Shown piece by piece: positions 1 to 10,981 of a DNA stretch of 64,000 nucleotides. Every line of letters starts with the position of its first letter. The first letter of the stretch is position 1. The position numbers were made by a program, and so were the translations under genes. Source of the DNA: Pedobacter sp. (GTDB lineage: Bacteria; Desulfobacterota; Desulfuromonadia; Desulfuromonadales; Syntrophotaleaceae); contig JBFWJC010000001.1 in NCBI GenBank assembly GCA_050253415.1, forward strand, positions 1,160,679 through 1,224,678, written 5' to 3'. The notes below the pieces were generated by a model. It was not told where the DNA came from. It ran no database searches and saw only the letters and a program-made list of their open reading frames with translations.

Positions 1-72
1 CCTGTTATGGGTCCTATTAAGGCTGTTCGTAATGACGTTATCATATTTGAATTGCAACACAGGCACTGGCTT

Positions 73-2271
73 ATGAACACTCTTGTCGCAACGGTGGCCG
101 TGGCAGCTCCTCTGGAAAAAGCTCTTTCCTATCTGGTGCCGCCCTCTCTGGCTGGGGAGGTTCTGATGGGCGTGCGGGTAAGGGTTCCCTTGGGGAGGCG
201 CACCGCCATAGGCTATGTGCTGGAGGTGTCGCCAGGAGAGGACGTTGGGCTTAAGCCCGTTATTGAAGTTCTGGGAGAAGAGCCTCTTTTTCCCCCGGCC
301 ATGGTCGAGTTTTTCCGACGGGCTGCCGATTATTACCAGTTTCCTATCGGTGAGGTGATCCGCACGGCCTTGCCCGCGGGCCTGTCTGGGGGGAACAATG
401 GTGTGAAGGTACTTGCCGAGCGTGTCTACAGGCCATCTGAGCTCGTCGGTACGCCGCGAGGTCCCCGCCAGCGCGAGGTACTCGAGTATCTGCGGCGGAC
501 TTCCGGTTCTTCTCGGAGTGAGTTGCTGGACCTTTTTCCCGGTTGCGAGGGGAGCCTCAAGGCTCTTGTCGGACAGGGATTTATCCTGGAAGAGCAGCGG
601 GAGCGGCTAAGGGATCCTTTTGCGGAGTTGGCGCCGGAGCTGGACAAGCCGGTCGAGATGACAGCGCCGCAGGCGCAGGCCTTTTCCGCCATAGGAGCTG
701 CGTTACAAGGTGGCGAATTTCGGCCCATGTTGTTGCATGGTGTTACCGGCAGTGGCAAAACCGAAGTTTATCTTCGCTCGATTGAAGCCGTTATCGCATC
801 CGGACGGCAAGCGCTGATCCTGGTGCCGGAAATTGCCCTGACGCCGCAATTGGTAAGTCGTTTCCGGGCCCGTTTCGCCGATGGACGTGCCTCGTTGGCG
901 GTACTGCATTCAGGCCTTTCGGCGGGAGAGCGTTTTGATGCCTGGCGCAGTGTCGCTCGTGGCGACGTCGATATTGTCATCGGTGCGCGTTCGGCGGTGT
1001 TTGCGCCGCTTGATCGTTTGGGCATGGTCATTGTCGATGAGGAGCACGAGTCGAGTTATAAGCAGGGCGACGGCTTTCGTTATCATGCCCGAGACCTGGC
1101 CTTAATGCGTGGGCAGATGGAGGGAGCGCTGGTGCTGCTCGGCAGCGCAACCCCTGCCTTGACCACCTACCAACGCGCTCTCGAGGGAAAAATAGATTAC
1201 CTGCTGCTGCCGGAGCGCGTCATGGGGCGATCACTGCCGGAGGTGGAGTTGATCGATCTGACCCAGAACCGGCCAGAGGGGACGCTGGCCCAACCTCTGA
1301 AAGATGCGCTGGTTGCCAATTTGGCTTGTGGGGAGCAGTCCCTGTTGCTGCTCAACCGGCGTGGGTTTGCTCCTTACCTGTTGTGTGCCGATTGCGGTAC
1401 TGCTTTGCGTTGTCCGCATTGCGATATCACTCTGACTTTTTATTTGTCGCAAAAAGAGCTTCGTTGCAACTATTGTGATTTTCGTCAACAGCCTCCCGAC
1501 CAGTGTCCATCATGTCAGGGGGCGAGCATCCTGCCGGAGGGGGCGGGTACCGAGCGGCTTGAACAGGAGTTGCAGGAATTGTTGCCGACGGCACGTATCG
1601 CGCGTATGGACCGGGATACAACCGGTCGCAAGGGAGCACACCAGTCGCTGGTGTCGGCTATGGAAAATCGTGCGATAGATATCCTGGTCGGTACTCAGAT
1701 GGTCGCCAAAGGACTCGATTTCCCGGGTGTGACACTGGTAGGTGTGGTGCAGACCGACAACCTTTTGAATCTTCCTGATTTTCGTGCTGCGGAGCGTGCT
1801 TTTACGTTGCTCACGCAGGTGGCCGGACGGGCCGGGCGGGGCGAGCGCCCCGGCAAGGTTTTTGTGCAGACCTATGCTCCCGAGCACTTCGCCCTAAATT
1901 GCTGTATTCGTCACGATTATGAGGGGTTTGCACAAGAGGAATTGGCCTTGCGGCAGGAATTGGGGTATCCGCCCTTCGGGTTTCTGGTTAATTGTGTGTT
2001 TTCCGGTGCGGTTCGCGAGCAGGTCGAGGTTGCGGCGCAGGGGTTGGCCGCGGAACTGTTGGTGCCGGCGGAAAAACTTGGCGTCGAAGTTCTCGGCCCG
2101 GCCCCCTGCCCGTTGGCGCGCTTGCGCGGCAAAAACCGCTATCAAGTGTTACTCAAGGCTCCAAATCGCCCTCCTCTGCGCCACCTCCTGACGCGCTTGC
2201 CGTCGCTGCGGCGGGCTTTGCCTGGCAAGGTGGCGCTGACCCTCGATATCGATCCTCTGGATATGCTGTAG
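73..2271 (+). CDS. priA: primosomal protein N' (replication restart helicase)
   Basis: Walker A GVTGSGKT, DEEH, CxxC zinc-binding pairs, QVAGRAGR, C-terminal DIDP. ATG at 73 preferred over the ORF start at 7. Confidence 0.97.
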   Translation: MNTLVATVAVAAPLEKALSYLVPPSLAGEVLMGVRVRVPLGRRTAIGYVLEVSPGEDVGLKPVIEVLGEEPLFPPAMVEFFRRAADYYQFPIGEVIRTALPAGLSGGNNGVKVLAERVYRPSELVGTPRGPRQREVLEYLRRTSGSSRSELLDLFPGCEGSLKALVGQGFILEEQRERLRDPFAELAPELDKPVEMTAPQAQAFSAIGAALQGGEFRPMLLHGVTGSGKTEVYLRSIEAVIASGRQALILVPEIALTPQLVSRFRARFADGRASLAVLHSGLSAGERFDAWRSVARGDVDIVIGARSAVFAPLDRLGMVIVDEEHESSYKQGDGFRYHARDLALMRGQMEGALVLLGSATPALTTYQRALEGKIDYLLLPERVMGRSLPEVELIDLTQNRPEGTLAQPLKDALVANLACGEQSLLLLNRRGFAPYLLCADCGTALRCPHCDITLTFYLSQKELRCNYCDFRQQPPDQCPSCQGASILPEGAGTERLEQELQELLPTARIARMDRDTTGRKGAHQSLVSAMENRAIDILVGTQMVAKGLDFPGVTLVGVVQTDNLLNLPDFRAAERAFTLLTQVAGRAGRGERPGKVFVQTYAPEHFALNCCIRHDYEGFAQEELALRQELGYPPFGFLVNCVFSGAVREQVEVAAQGLAAELLVPAEKLGVEVLGPAPCPLARLRGKNRYQVLLKAPNRPPLRHLLTRLPSLRRALPGKVALTLDIDPLDML

Positions 2272-2289
2272 GCAAGGAGTGCCGGTTTT

Positions 2290-3249
2290 TCAGTCCCCAA
2301 AGGGCAATTCGGCGCCGAGTCCCTGTTGTTTTGCCCGTTGCAGTACATGGGCTGCCAGGGCAAGATCCTGAATGGCCATGCCGTGTGATTCAAACAGGGT
2401 GATCTGTGCCGGGTTGTTGCGACCGGGCAGGCGGCCAACGATGATTTCCCCCAGTTCCGGGATCTGTGTCCAGCGAATGCGTCCTTTTTCCAACAGCGGC
2501 AGTAAATCTCCACATTCTCGGGCGGCCACATCGCGGGCGTCGACCACTACCGAGTCGCAACGTCGGATGGTTTTTTCATCGATTTCGGTCCGGATCAGGG
2601 CGTTGCTGCCAACCGCATTGATGTGGCAGCCCGGTTCCAGCCATGCGCTGTCGAATAAAGGGGTTGCCGAGGTCGTGACCGTCGTGACAATGTCGCTGCC
2701 GCGGACCACCTCTTCGGCGTTTGCCGCGGGGATAACCGCAATGCCGAGTTGCTGGGATTGCTCCCGGCAGAATTCTTCCAGGCGTTGCCGGTCGCGGGAA
2801 AAGACTTTGGCCTGTTGGATCGGGCGCACCTGACAAAGGGCTGCCAGTTGTCCGCGTGCCTGCCAGCCTGCTCCAAACATGCCGACTACGCTGGCTTCCG
2901 GGCGACTCAGGTATCGGCTGGCGATGCCGCTCGCGGCTCCGGTTCGCAACATGCCCAGAAAATTGGCCTCGATAATGGCATCCAGCCGGCCGGAAGTCGC
3001 GTTGTAAAGATGTATCAGAAAGCGGTTTCCTTCGCGGGTCGAGGTGTAGGCTTTGAAGCCAATGGTGTCCAGGCAGTCAACCGCTCCCTGCAAGAGGTGC
3101 AAGGCGCCCTTCTGGATGCGGGTCCGTTCCCGAGGAATGTTGACGGCCCGGCCAAGAGTGTGTTCACGCAGGGACATCTCGACGGATTCCAGTGCCAGGG
3201 GCATGGTTGCCACCTTGCTAACGTCTTTTTCGCTGAGAAACAAGGCCAT
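2290..3249 (-). CDS. ornithine cyclodeaminase/mu-crystallin family protein
   Basis: LRTGAAS, GAGWQA, HINAVG and FESHGMAIQD motifs. Start MALFLSE inferred. Confidence 0.88.
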   Translation of the reverse strand: MALFLSEKDVSKVATMPLALESVEMSLREHTLGRAVNIPRERTRIQKGALHLLQGAVDCLDTIGFKAYTSTREGNRFLIHLYNATSGRLDAIIEANFLGMLRTGAASGIASRYLSRPEASVVGMFGAGWQARGQLAALCQVRPIQQAKVFSRDRQRLEEFCREQSQQLGIAVIPAANAEEVVRGSDIVTTVTTSATPLFDSAWLEPGCHINAVGSNALIRTEIDEKTIRRCDSVVVDARDVAARECGDLLPLLEKGRIRWTQIPELGEIIVGRLPGRNNPAQITLFESHGMAIQDLALAAHVLQRAKQQGLGAELPFGD

Positions 3250-3507
3250 CAAGCTACCTCCTTGGGGGTGGGTTGGCGGTTCGAGGAAGGGTTTTCGCCA
3301 CGGTAAGCTCTGGTCGATTATAAGGGGTTGATATGTTTCTTCCAAGTCAAAACCCCGCGATTGATGCTTGTTCATGTATCTGTTACTTTTTTAGATTAAG
3401 AGGCCCTTGCTCCTTACGTGTAGATGCTTTATAGTTCAAAACGCCGGTCCGTCATTGTCGGATGCCATGTCAGCGGCAATTCCAAAGTAATATAGATAGG
3501 TCGAAGC

Positions 3508-3873
3508 GTGAAAAATATTTTGGTAGTAGATGATCAACCGACTATTCGGCAATTGCTGGAGGTCAGTCTTAGTGGTCCAGACCGAAAAATTTTACTGGCG
3601 GAAAGTGGCGAACAGGCGCTTGATATCGCAAGGCTTAGAACTCCTGATCTGATTATCATGGATGTTATGATGCCGGGCGGGATGGATGGGTTTGAAGCTG
3701 TGCGGCAGATGCGCGGCGATCCTTCCATCAGGGATTGTCCCGTCCTTATTCTGACAGCCAAGGACCAGCAGTCCGAACGGGGGCGCGCGGTCGAGATGGG
3801 CGTTGATGGGTATTTGTCCAAGCCGTTTCGCCTTGATGAACTTTTGTGCCAAGTGGAACGGCTTATAGCCTGA
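3508..3873 (+). CDS. single-domain response regulator (CheY-like)
   Basis: ILVVDD, MDVMMPG, LTA, KPF receiver motifs. GTG start. Confidence 0.92.
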   Translation: MKNILVVDDQPTIRQLLEVSLSGPDRKILLAESGEQALDIARLRTPDLIIMDVMMPGGMDGFEAVRQMRGDPSIRDCPVLILTAKDQQSERGRAVEMGVDGYLSKPFRLDELLCQVERLIA

Positions 3874-3945
3874 TGGGTGTGTTTGCTACGGTTTTACCGG
3901 AGATTGCCATTTTATTCGCTATTTAAGAGGAAAAGGAGACTTTTT

Positions 3946-4611
3946 ATGAAAAAGGACCTACTTGAAAAAGGTGCCATTGTTCAGCGTGACCAGGAAACTT
4001 ATGCTGTCGCTCCGCATATCCCTGGCGGCATCACGTCCCCTGCCACTTTGCGTAAGATTGCCGATGTGGCCGAGCAGTTCAATGCCAAGGCCTTGAAATT
4101 AACCAGTGCCCAGCGCATTGCCATTGTCGGGATTGCCGAAGATCAGCTGGATGCCATTTGGGAAGCTGTCGGCGAAAAACCGGGCGCGGCCATCGGGATG
4201 TGCGTGCGTTCCGTTAAAATCTGCCCGGGTACCACTTTCTGCAAGCGCGGGCAGCAGGACTCCGTAGGTGTCGGTCTGGAACTGGACAAGGTCTATCACG
4301 GCATGGAATTGCCCTGGAAATTCAAAATCGGTGTCTCAGGCTGTGCCAACGATTGCGGCGAGGCTTGCATTAAGGATGTCGGCCTTATCGGTACCCCCAA
4401 GGGCTGGAATGTCATGGTGGGCGGCAACGGTGGCGGCATGCCCCGCTTGTCCCAGAAACTCGTGGAACATGTTCCCAGTGACGAGGAAGCTATTGCGATC
4501 GTCGCCAAGGTTGTGGACTGGTTCAAGGCACAAAACCGCAAAGGCCGTATCGGCAAGCATGTTCAGGAGATGGGGCTGGATGCTTTCCGGGCGGAAGTTC
4601 TGGGCGAATAA
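3946..4611 (+). CDS. nitrite/sulfite reductase-like 4Fe-4S domain protein (stand-alone)
   Basis: Ferredoxin-like half domain, CPGTTFC and KIGVSGCANDC Cys motifs. AGGAG RBS before the ATG at 3946. Confidence 0.85.
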   Translation: MKKDLLEKGAIVQRDQETYAVAPHIPGGITSPATLRKIADVAEQFNAKALKLTSAQRIAIVGIAEDQLDAIWEAVGEKPGAAIGMCVRSVKICPGTTFCKRGQQDSVGVGLELDKVYHGMELPWKFKIGVSGCANDCGEACIKDVGLIGTPKGWNVMVGGNGGGMPRLSQKLVEHVPSDEEAIAIVAKVVDWFKAQNRKGRIGKHVQEMGLDAFRAEVLGE

Positions 4612-4632
4612 TTCCCGTCCAACAACGATTCA

Positions 4633-4665
4633 CGACGGGGGAGCCATGGGCTCCCCCGTTTTTTT
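4633..4665. terminator. intrinsic terminator between convergent genes
   Basis: acgggggagcc-atg-ggctcccccgt followed by a T-run. Confidence 0.8.
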
Positions 4666-5374
4666 ATGCATCAGGACCTCCGCGGGAAAATTTGTAACCA
4701 CGTCCGCGTACGGTAATGAAGTGAATGGGGCGGGCCGGTGTGGGCTCGAAGTACTTGCGCAGGCGCACTATAAAGTTATCCAGAGTGCGGGTTTCCGTAT
4801 CCGGAGCCAGCCCCCATACGGAGGCCAGTAGTTCTTCCCGTGACAAGGTGTTGCCTTCATTTTCAAAAAAGATTCGCAACATGCGTATTTCCAGGTCGGT
4901 AAGGGCGATGTCGCCCTGGGCCGTTTGGGCCCGTCCCTCCTGAAGGTTGACCGTGTTTTCGCCAAACCGGAAGCTTTCCCCGGTTTTTGGCGTGTTGCGG
5001 TACCAGGTTGAACGATTCACCATGCCGCGTACACGCAACAGGAACTCGGTCAGGCTGAACGGTTTCGTCAGGTAGTCGTCCGCACCGGCCTCCAAGCCCG
5101 CAATGCGATCCTGCTCCTTGCCCAGGGCGGTCAGGATCAAGATTGGCAGGCGGGGATCCTGCAGGCGCACCTGGCGGCAAACCTCCAGGCCGCTTATGCC
5201 CGGCAGCATAAGATCCAGAATGACCAAGAGGCATTGTTTCCAGGGGGCCTGTTCCATGGCCTGTTCGCCGGAGGTGACATGAATGACCTGGTAGCCTTCC
5301 TGCTCCAGGTTGAATATCAAACCTCGGGCAATATGCAGTTCATCCTCGACGAGCAGGATATGCGGGCGAGTCAT
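4664..5374 (-). CDS. OmpR/PhoB-family response regulator
   Basis: Receiver domain (LDLMLPG, ADDYLTKPF) plus winged-helix domain (TVRGRGY). Confidence 0.95.
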   Translation of the reverse strand: MTRPHILLVEDELHIARGLIFNLEQEGYQVIHVTSGEQAMEQAPWKQCLLVILDLMLPGISGLEVCRQVRLQDPRLPILILTALGKEQDRIAGLEAGADDYLTKPFSLTEFLLRVRGMVNRSTWYRNTPKTGESFRFGENTVNLQEGRAQTAQGDIALTDLEIRMLRIFFENEGNTLSREELLASVWGLAPDTETRTLDNFIVRLRKYFEPTPARPIHFITVRGRGYKFSRGGPDA

Positions 5375-6333
5375 GACGGGGCTCCCACCGTTGGTTTTGT
5401 GTTGCGTGGCAATAGCACATGGACCTTGGTCCCCTGGTTGGTGCCTTTACTTTCCAGCCAGACCTTCCCCTTGTGACGCCAGGTCAGGGTGCGTACGATG
5501 AACAGTCCCAATCCTGACCCCTGGATAGTTTCGCCAGGATGCGTTCCGCGGTAAAATATACGGAAGACCTTTTTTTGTTCTTTGGGTTCGATGCCGCGGC
5601 CCTTGTCCGCAACGATCAGGTGGCAATGTTGTTTTTCACCCGTCAATGTGACGCTGATGTGGGCTGGCGGGTTCGAATAGAGAATGGCATTTTCAAGCAG
5701 GTTGCGCAGCATCGTTTCGATTGCGGAAGGTTCAAAGCGACAAAACAGATTTGGCTCGATGCTGGTTTCGATAATGCAATCTTTGGGCAAGGCTGCTGAC
5801 TGGCGCACCAGATACTTCACGACAGCTTCTGACAGATTGCCGTGACGAAGGTCGAGGCGTGGCCAGCGCTGTTCCATGCGGTTGGCGGTCAGCATATTAT
5901 CCACCATGCTGTTGAGGCGTACGGTGTCGTCCAACATGGTGTCAAGGAACACCTTCATCTGCTCGGCGTTGGGTCGTCGCAAGCGGATTGTTTCCAGGTG
6001 CAGTTGCAAAGAGGCTATGGGCGATTTCAATTCATGGCTGACCTGGGAAATGAATTGCTTCTGGGCACGGTATAGCGAAGACTGACGGCGCCAGTAAAGA
6101 AAAATGACATAGACGCCGGCCAGAATCGCCACCAGCAGAATCAATCCTTCAATAAGGAGCAGCCAGTCGTAGCGGCCGAATAGGAGTTCCGGGTGGTATT
6201 TTTCAGCCATCAAACGCAGTTTTCGGTGGTTCTGCAAAAACCAGGTTACCCAGCAGACCACGACCAGCACCCACGCCAGTTGGATGCCGATGAAGGCCAT
6301 TAACGGATTTATAATGCGGCGCCATGTTTTCAT
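5371..6333 (-). CDS. membrane sensor histidine kinase
   Basis: Two TM segments, SHELKSP H-box, NLLENA, DKGRG, GSGLGL. 4-bp overlap with the regulator. Confidence 0.93.
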   Translation of the reverse strand: MKTWRRIINPLMAFIGIQLAWVLVVVCWVTWFLQNHRKLRLMAEKYHPELLFGRYDWLLLIEGLILLVAILAGVYVIFLYWRRQSSLYRAQKQFISQVSHELKSPIASLQLHLETIRLRRPNAEQMKVFLDTMLDDTVRLNSMVDNMLTANRMEQRWPRLDLRHGNLSEAVVKYLVRQSAALPKDCIIETSIEPNLFCRFEPSAIETMLRNLLENAILYSNPPAHISVTLTGEKQHCHLIVADKGRGIEPKEQKKVFRIFYRGTHPGETIQGSGLGLFIVRTLTWRHKGKVWLESKGTNQGTKVHVLLPRNTKPTVGAPS

Positions 6334-6494
6334 GCCTTTCTGTTTACCATTGGCCGCTCTCTGGTACAAGGGAAAAGGGGATCTTAAACAGCGCTATGTC
6401 TGAGGGGTTTTACACAACTATTACAATTGCCTGGGGCGCTTTCTGCTAATATGGGCCATACATTTGCAACGGCTTTACTCTTGGAGACATATAA

Positions 6495-7604
6495 ATGAAA
6501 GACACCGTTATTAAAAAACTGGTCATAGGTCGACATTCCTCCCCATTTCCGTTGGTGTTGGGCGGCATGGGCGTCAGGATTTCCGCTGGCAGGTTGGCCG
6601 GTCATGTAGCCCGCTGTGGCGGGTTCGGGACCGTGGCCGCCGCCGGGGTCGGCATTAACAGTCCTCACTATAACGGGCGTAATTTCTTTGCGGCGGATAT
6701 TCAGGCATTCAAGGACGAAATCCGCAAGGCTTATGCCATTGCCCCCGATGGAATCATCGGCGTCAACTGCATGGTGGCTGTGACCAACTATGACGATATG
6801 GTGCGGGCAGCCTGTGAGGCTGGCGCCAAGTTTATCGTCAGCGGTGCCGGCTTGCCCATGAGTCTGCCATCTCTTACGGTTGATTATCCCGATGTGGCCC
6901 TGATCCCTATCGTGTCCTCGGTGCGTGCCGCGCAGCTCATCGGACGTAAATGGAATCAGACTTATGGCCGGTTGCCCGATGCGGTGGTGGTGGAAGACCC
7001 TGATACCGCCGGGGGGCACCTGGGTGAAAAACCTGAAAATATCGGCATCGGTTGTTATGACCAGTATGAAACCGTACGCCAGGTCAAGGAGCATTTTCAG
7101 CAGGCATATGAAATCAACATGCCTGTAATCGCTGCTGGTGGAGTCTGGGACCGGAGGGACGTGCTGCATGCCTTGGCACAGGGGGCCGATGCCGTACAGA
7201 TGGCGAGTCGGTTTGTCTGCACCGAGGAGTGCGATGCCGAGCCTGCTTTTAAACAGGCCTATCTCGACTGTCGTCCCGAAGATATCGGGTTGATCATGAG
7301 CCCTGCCGGTTTGCCGGGGCGGGCGTTGGTTCGCAATATAGAGCAAGTTCGCCAGCGCGACCTGGATGCCGGTCTCGGTTGCGGGTGTGCGTGCCTCAAA
7401 AAATGCACCTACAAGGAAACCGGCGAGCGATTCTGCATTGTCGGTGCTTTGGATCGGGCGCAGCGGGGTGACGTTGACACAGGCTTGGTTTTCTGTGGTA
7501 CCAACGCCTGGAAGGCTGACCGCATTACCACGGTTCAGGCCATCTTTGACGAACTGTTCGCCCTGTCTGATCAGGTCGGTAGACCCCTGGCGGTCAATGG
7601 CTGA
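6495..7604 (+). CDS. nitronate monooxygenase/FabK/FabX-family flavoprotein
   Basis: GGMGV, SGAGLP, AGGHLG, IAAGG motifs and a C-terminal Cys cluster. Confidence 0.88.
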   Translation: MKDTVIKKLVIGRHSSPFPLVLGGMGVRISAGRLAGHVARCGGFGTVAAAGVGINSPHYNGRNFFAADIQAFKDEIRKAYAIAPDGIIGVNCMVAVTNYDDMVRAACEAGAKFIVSGAGLPMSLPSLTVDYPDVALIPIVSSVRAAQLIGRKWNQTYGRLPDAVVVEDPDTAGGHLGEKPENIGIGCYDQYETVRQVKEHFQQAYEINMPVIAAGGVWDRRDVLHALAQGADAVQMASRFVCTEECDAEPAFKQAYLDCRPEDIGLIMSPAGLPGRALVRNIEQVRQRDLDAGLGCGCACLKKCTYKETGERFCIVGALDRAQRGDVDTGLVFCGTNAWKADRITTVQAIFDELFALSDQVGRPLAVNG

Positions 7605-7627
7605 TAAGCCAAAATAAAAAAATGAAC

Positions 7628-7664
7628 AAAAACGGGGCGAGCTGTAGCGTGCCCCGTTTTTTTT
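7628..7664 (+). terminator. intrinsic terminator
   Basis: aaaaacggggc...gccccgttttt hairpin with T-tract. Confidence 0.75.
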
Positions 7665-7761
7665 ATGACCTTTTCCCGGGCACCTTACAGCATCGCTTGT
7701 CCCAAACCGGTATTGTGAGGTATCATCCCAAGATCATGTCTGTTTTTCCACCGGGAGCATA

Positions 7762-8859
7762 TTGATGAGTGATGCTGCACAATCATTTCTGCCCAAATGG
7801 ATCGCCTGGGAGAGCACGAGGCGTTGCAATCTGCAATGCATTCATTGCCGGTGCTCTTCTGACCTGAATGCGCCCGATGGGAATTTTAGTACTGCGGAGG
7901 CGTTCCGTCTTATCGATGATATCTGCAGTGTTTCCCGTCCGGTTCTGGTTTTATCCGGAGGGGAACCTCTGTTGCGCGAAGATATTTTTGATATCGCAGC
8001 CTACGGTACTGAGCAGGGGTTGCGCATGTGCATGGCTACCAATGGGACTCTGGTCACGGATAGCATCTGCCGTGCGATGAAATCCGCCGGCATACGCATG
8101 GTGTCCCTTTCTCTGGATGGCTCCAGCGCGCGTATTCATGATGATTTTCGGCACTGTCCCGGGGCTTTTGATGCCACAGTGCGGGCAGCCGATACCCTGC
8201 GCCGCAACGGAATACCGTTTCTGGTGAATTCCTCCTTTACGCAACGCAACAAGGCCGACATTGCCGCGACCTTCCAATTGGCCAAAAAGCTTGGGGCCGT
8301 GGCCTGGTATCTGTTCATGATCGTGCCGACCGGGCGGGGTGAGGATATACTGGACGAATTGATCAGCGGGTCGGATTATGAAGAGATTCTGGCCTGGCAT
8401 TACCGACAGGAGAGGGACGAACATGATATTCTTATGCGTCCGACCTGTGCGCCCCATTATTACCGAATTGCACCGCAACTGGCCCGCGCTGAAGGAGCCA
8501 GTCTAGAGAGACGCAGTTTGTCGTTTTCCACCGGTGGGAGCAAGGGCTGCCTGGCTGGACAAAGTATATGCTTTATCGATGCTTTTGGCGATCTCAAGCC
8601 ATGTTCCTATTTTCCGCGGGCCGTTGGCAATGTCAAACAGACCCCTTTTAGCCAGCTCTGGTTCGACTCTCCCTTGCTTAATGAATTGCGGGACTTCAGT
8701 GGTTACCGAGGCAAATGCGGCGTCTGTGAATATCTGCGGGTTTGCGGAGGTTGTCGCGCTCGGGCCGATGCCGTGTACGGTGACTATCTTGCGGAAGAAC
8801 CTTTTTGCAGCTATGTACCGCGCATGAACGGCGCAGTGAAGGACGAGACTCATGGATGA
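7762..8859 (+). CDS. radical SAM/SPASM protein, AhbD/NirJ-like (putative coproheme decarboxylase)
   Basis: [19 protein letters not shown] Cys motifs (GC...PC...CxxC...CGGC). Overlaps the hemE start. Confidence 0.82.
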   Translation: MMSDAAQSFLPKWIAWESTRRCNLQCIHCRCSSDLNAPDGNFSTAEAFRLIDDICSVSRPVLVLSGGEPLLREDIFDIAAYGTEQGLRMCMATNGTLVTDSICRAMKSAGIRMVSLSLDGSSARIHDDFRHCPGAFDATVRAADTLRRNGIPFLVNSSFTQRNKADIAATFQLAKKLGAVAWYLFMIVPTGRGEDILDELISGSDYEEILAWHYRQERDEHDILMRPTCAPHYYRIAPQLARAEGASLERRSLSFSTGGSKGCLAGQSICFIDAFGDLKPCSYFPRAVGNVKQTPFSQLWFDSPLLNELRDFSGYRGKCGVCEYLRVCGGCRARADAVYGDYLAEEPFCSYVPRMNGAVKDETHG

Positions 8860-9880
8860 GACTTACGATTTTATCAAGGCCTGTTACTGCCAGCCGGTGG
8901 CACGTACCCCGGTGTGGTTGATGCGGCAGGCCGGACGTTATCTCCCTCAATATCGTAAGATCAGGGAGGATGTAACCTTTCTGGAGTTGTGCAAAACTCC
9001 CGAACTGGCCGCCGAGGTGACGTTGCAACCGGTGGATGCCCTGGGTGTCGACGCCGCCATTTTATTTTCCGACATCCTTGTGCCCATCGAACCCATGGGA
9101 CAACGGCTGCATTACCGGCCGGCTCCCGTACTCGAACCGCCGATTCGTTCAGAGGCCGATGTGGCGGCTTTGCAAGTGCTGCAACCGGAGCAGGATGTTC
9201 CTTATGTGTTTGAAACCATTCGCCTGTTGCGGCGGGAATTGGCTGGTCGTGTTCCCCTGATAGGTTTCGGCGGTGCGCCCTTTACCCTGGCCTGCTACAT
9301 GGTCGAAGGAGCTGGTAGCCGGCATTTTCTGGCCCTTAAGCGTCTCATGTACCAGTGTCCTGCTATTTATGCGCAGCTGATGGATAAAATTACCGATTCC
9401 AGTATCCTCTATCTACGGGCCCAAGCCGAGGCTGGTGCGCAGGCTCTGCAGGTTTTTGACAGCTGGGGGGGGATCCTCTCTCCGGCTGATTACCAGAGGT
9501 ATGTGCTGCCTTACAGCCGTCGACTGCTGGCGGCGCTGGCAGATCTCGGAGTGCCTCTTATTCACTTCGTTAAAGGGGCCGGAAATATGCTTGATCTGGT
9601 TGCCAGTGCCGGCGGTCAGGTTGTTGGCCTTGACTGGTGTATAGGTTTAAATAAGGCCAGGGATATTCTCGGCGGCCAAATGGCCGTGCAGGGCAATCTC
9701 GATCCCTCCGTTTTGCTGGGCGACCAGACGATTATCGAACGCGAGGTGCTGCGTATCCTGAATGAAAATGCCGGTCGCCCCGGGCATATTTTTAATCTTG
9801 GGCATGGTATTCTTCCCGAGGTTCCGCCGGAGAACGCAGCGTTTCTTGTTGATTGTGTTCATCGTCTGAGCCAGCATTGA
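8852..9880 (+). CDS. hemE: uroporphyrinogen decarboxylase
   Basis: [26 protein letters not shown]. Confidence 0.97.
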   Translation: MDETYDFIKACYCQPVARTPVWLMRQAGRYLPQYRKIREDVTFLELCKTPELAAEVTLQPVDALGVDAAILFSDILVPIEPMGQRLHYRPAPVLEPPIRSEADVAALQVLQPEQDVPYVFETIRLLRRELAGRVPLIGFGGAPFTLACYMVEGAGSRHFLALKRLMYQCPAIYAQLMDKITDSSILYLRAQAEAGAQALQVFDSWGGILSPADYQRYVLPYSRRLLAALADLGVPLIHFVKGAGNMLDLVASAGGQVVGLDWCIGLNKARDILGGQMAVQGNLDPSVLLGDQTIIEREVLRILNENAGRPGHIFNLGHGILPEVPPENAAFLVDCVHRLSQH

Positions 9881-9924
9881 CGGAGCGTGGCATGACACGC
9901 ACGGTATGGCAGACCGAAGTCTGT

Positions 9925-10944
9925 ATGGCTGAAAAAACCGCACTCGTGTTGCTAAACATGGGGGGGCCGGACTCTCTGGAGTCGGTGCAGCCATTTCTGC
10001 GGAACCTGTTTTCCGATCGGGAATTGATTCGCCTGCCAGGGGGGGCTTTGTTGCAGCGTCCCTTTGCCAGTCTGATGTCACGCTTGCGCGGAGAAAAGGC
10101 GCGGCGCGCCTACGCCGCGATTGGTGGTTCGTCCCCTCTGCGTTACTGGACTGAGAGGCAGGCTGAGGGTATCAGTCAGTTGCTGGGGGATTCTTGGCAG
10201 CCGGAAGTCATCATGCGCTATTGGCAGCCTCGAGGAATGGATGTTTTGACCCGTTTGAGGCTCAAGGGGGTAAGGCGTGCCATGGTATTGTCGTTGTATC
10301 CGCACTTTACATCGGCTACCGGGGGCAGCAGTATTAATGATTTTTGCCGGAATGCGGTACGCTTCTGTCCGGAACTCGATTACCGTCTGATCCCGCAGTG
10401 GTTCGATTGGCCGCCGTATCTCGACATTTTGACACACCATGTACGGGAAGGTTTACGACGGTTTAAGGCCGAGCACCGTCGGCAGGTTGTGGTGTTGTTC
10501 AGTGCCCATGCTCTGCCTGAAAAACTCATTCTGGACGGCGATCCTTATCTTGATCAGGTGCGTGCCACCATGCGGGGAGTGTTGGATCGTTTGCCGAAGT
10601 GCGATGCCAGGCTTGCCTTTCAAAGTCGTAGCGGTCCGGTGCGCTGGATTGGGCCGAGCGTTACCGAAACTCTTGACGCATTGGTGGCGGAAGGTTGCAA
10701 GGCGGTGCTGGTTGTTCCGATCTCTTTTGTGTCCGATCATATCGAGACGCTGCATGAAATCGACCATGGGTACCGGGATTATGCTCTGCAACGAGGAATG
10801 GTGCAGTTTGAGCGTATTGCCGCTTTTAATGATGATCCCGGGTTTATTCGCGCCATGGCGTCCCTGGTGGCCTCTCGCGTCCCTGCTCCTTGGCGGGAAC
10901 GCCGTCGGAAACAAAACGGCGTCCCCTGTCAGGAGGCGCCGTAA
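9925..10944 (+). CDS. hemH: ferrochelatase
   Basis: LLNMGGP, FSAH, FQSRSGP..W, FVSDHIETLHEID. Confidence 0.95.
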   Translation: MAEKTALVLLNMGGPDSLESVQPFLRNLFSDRELIRLPGGALLQRPFASLMSRLRGEKARRAYAAIGGSSPLRYWTERQAEGISQLLGDSWQPEVIMRYWQPRGMDVLTRLRLKGVRRAMVLSLYPHFTSATGGSSINDFCRNAVRFCPELDYRLIPQWFDWPPYLDILTHHVREGLRRFKAEHRRQVVVLFSAHALPEKLILDGDPYLDQVRATMRGVLDRLPKCDARLAFQSRSGPVRWIGPSVTETLDALVAEGCKAVLVVPISFVSDHIETLHEIDHGYRDYALQRGMVQFERIAAFNDDPGFIRAMASLVASRVPAPWRERRRKQNGVPCQEAP

Positions 10945-10981
10945 ATGTCAGCGATATACAAAAGCGATGTCTGCGGGTAGC

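Noticed and set aside
6384..7346. 320-aa minus-strand ORF (and similar ORFs at 32004-32972 and 47878-48795)
   Set aside because: Antisense shadows of well-supported genes
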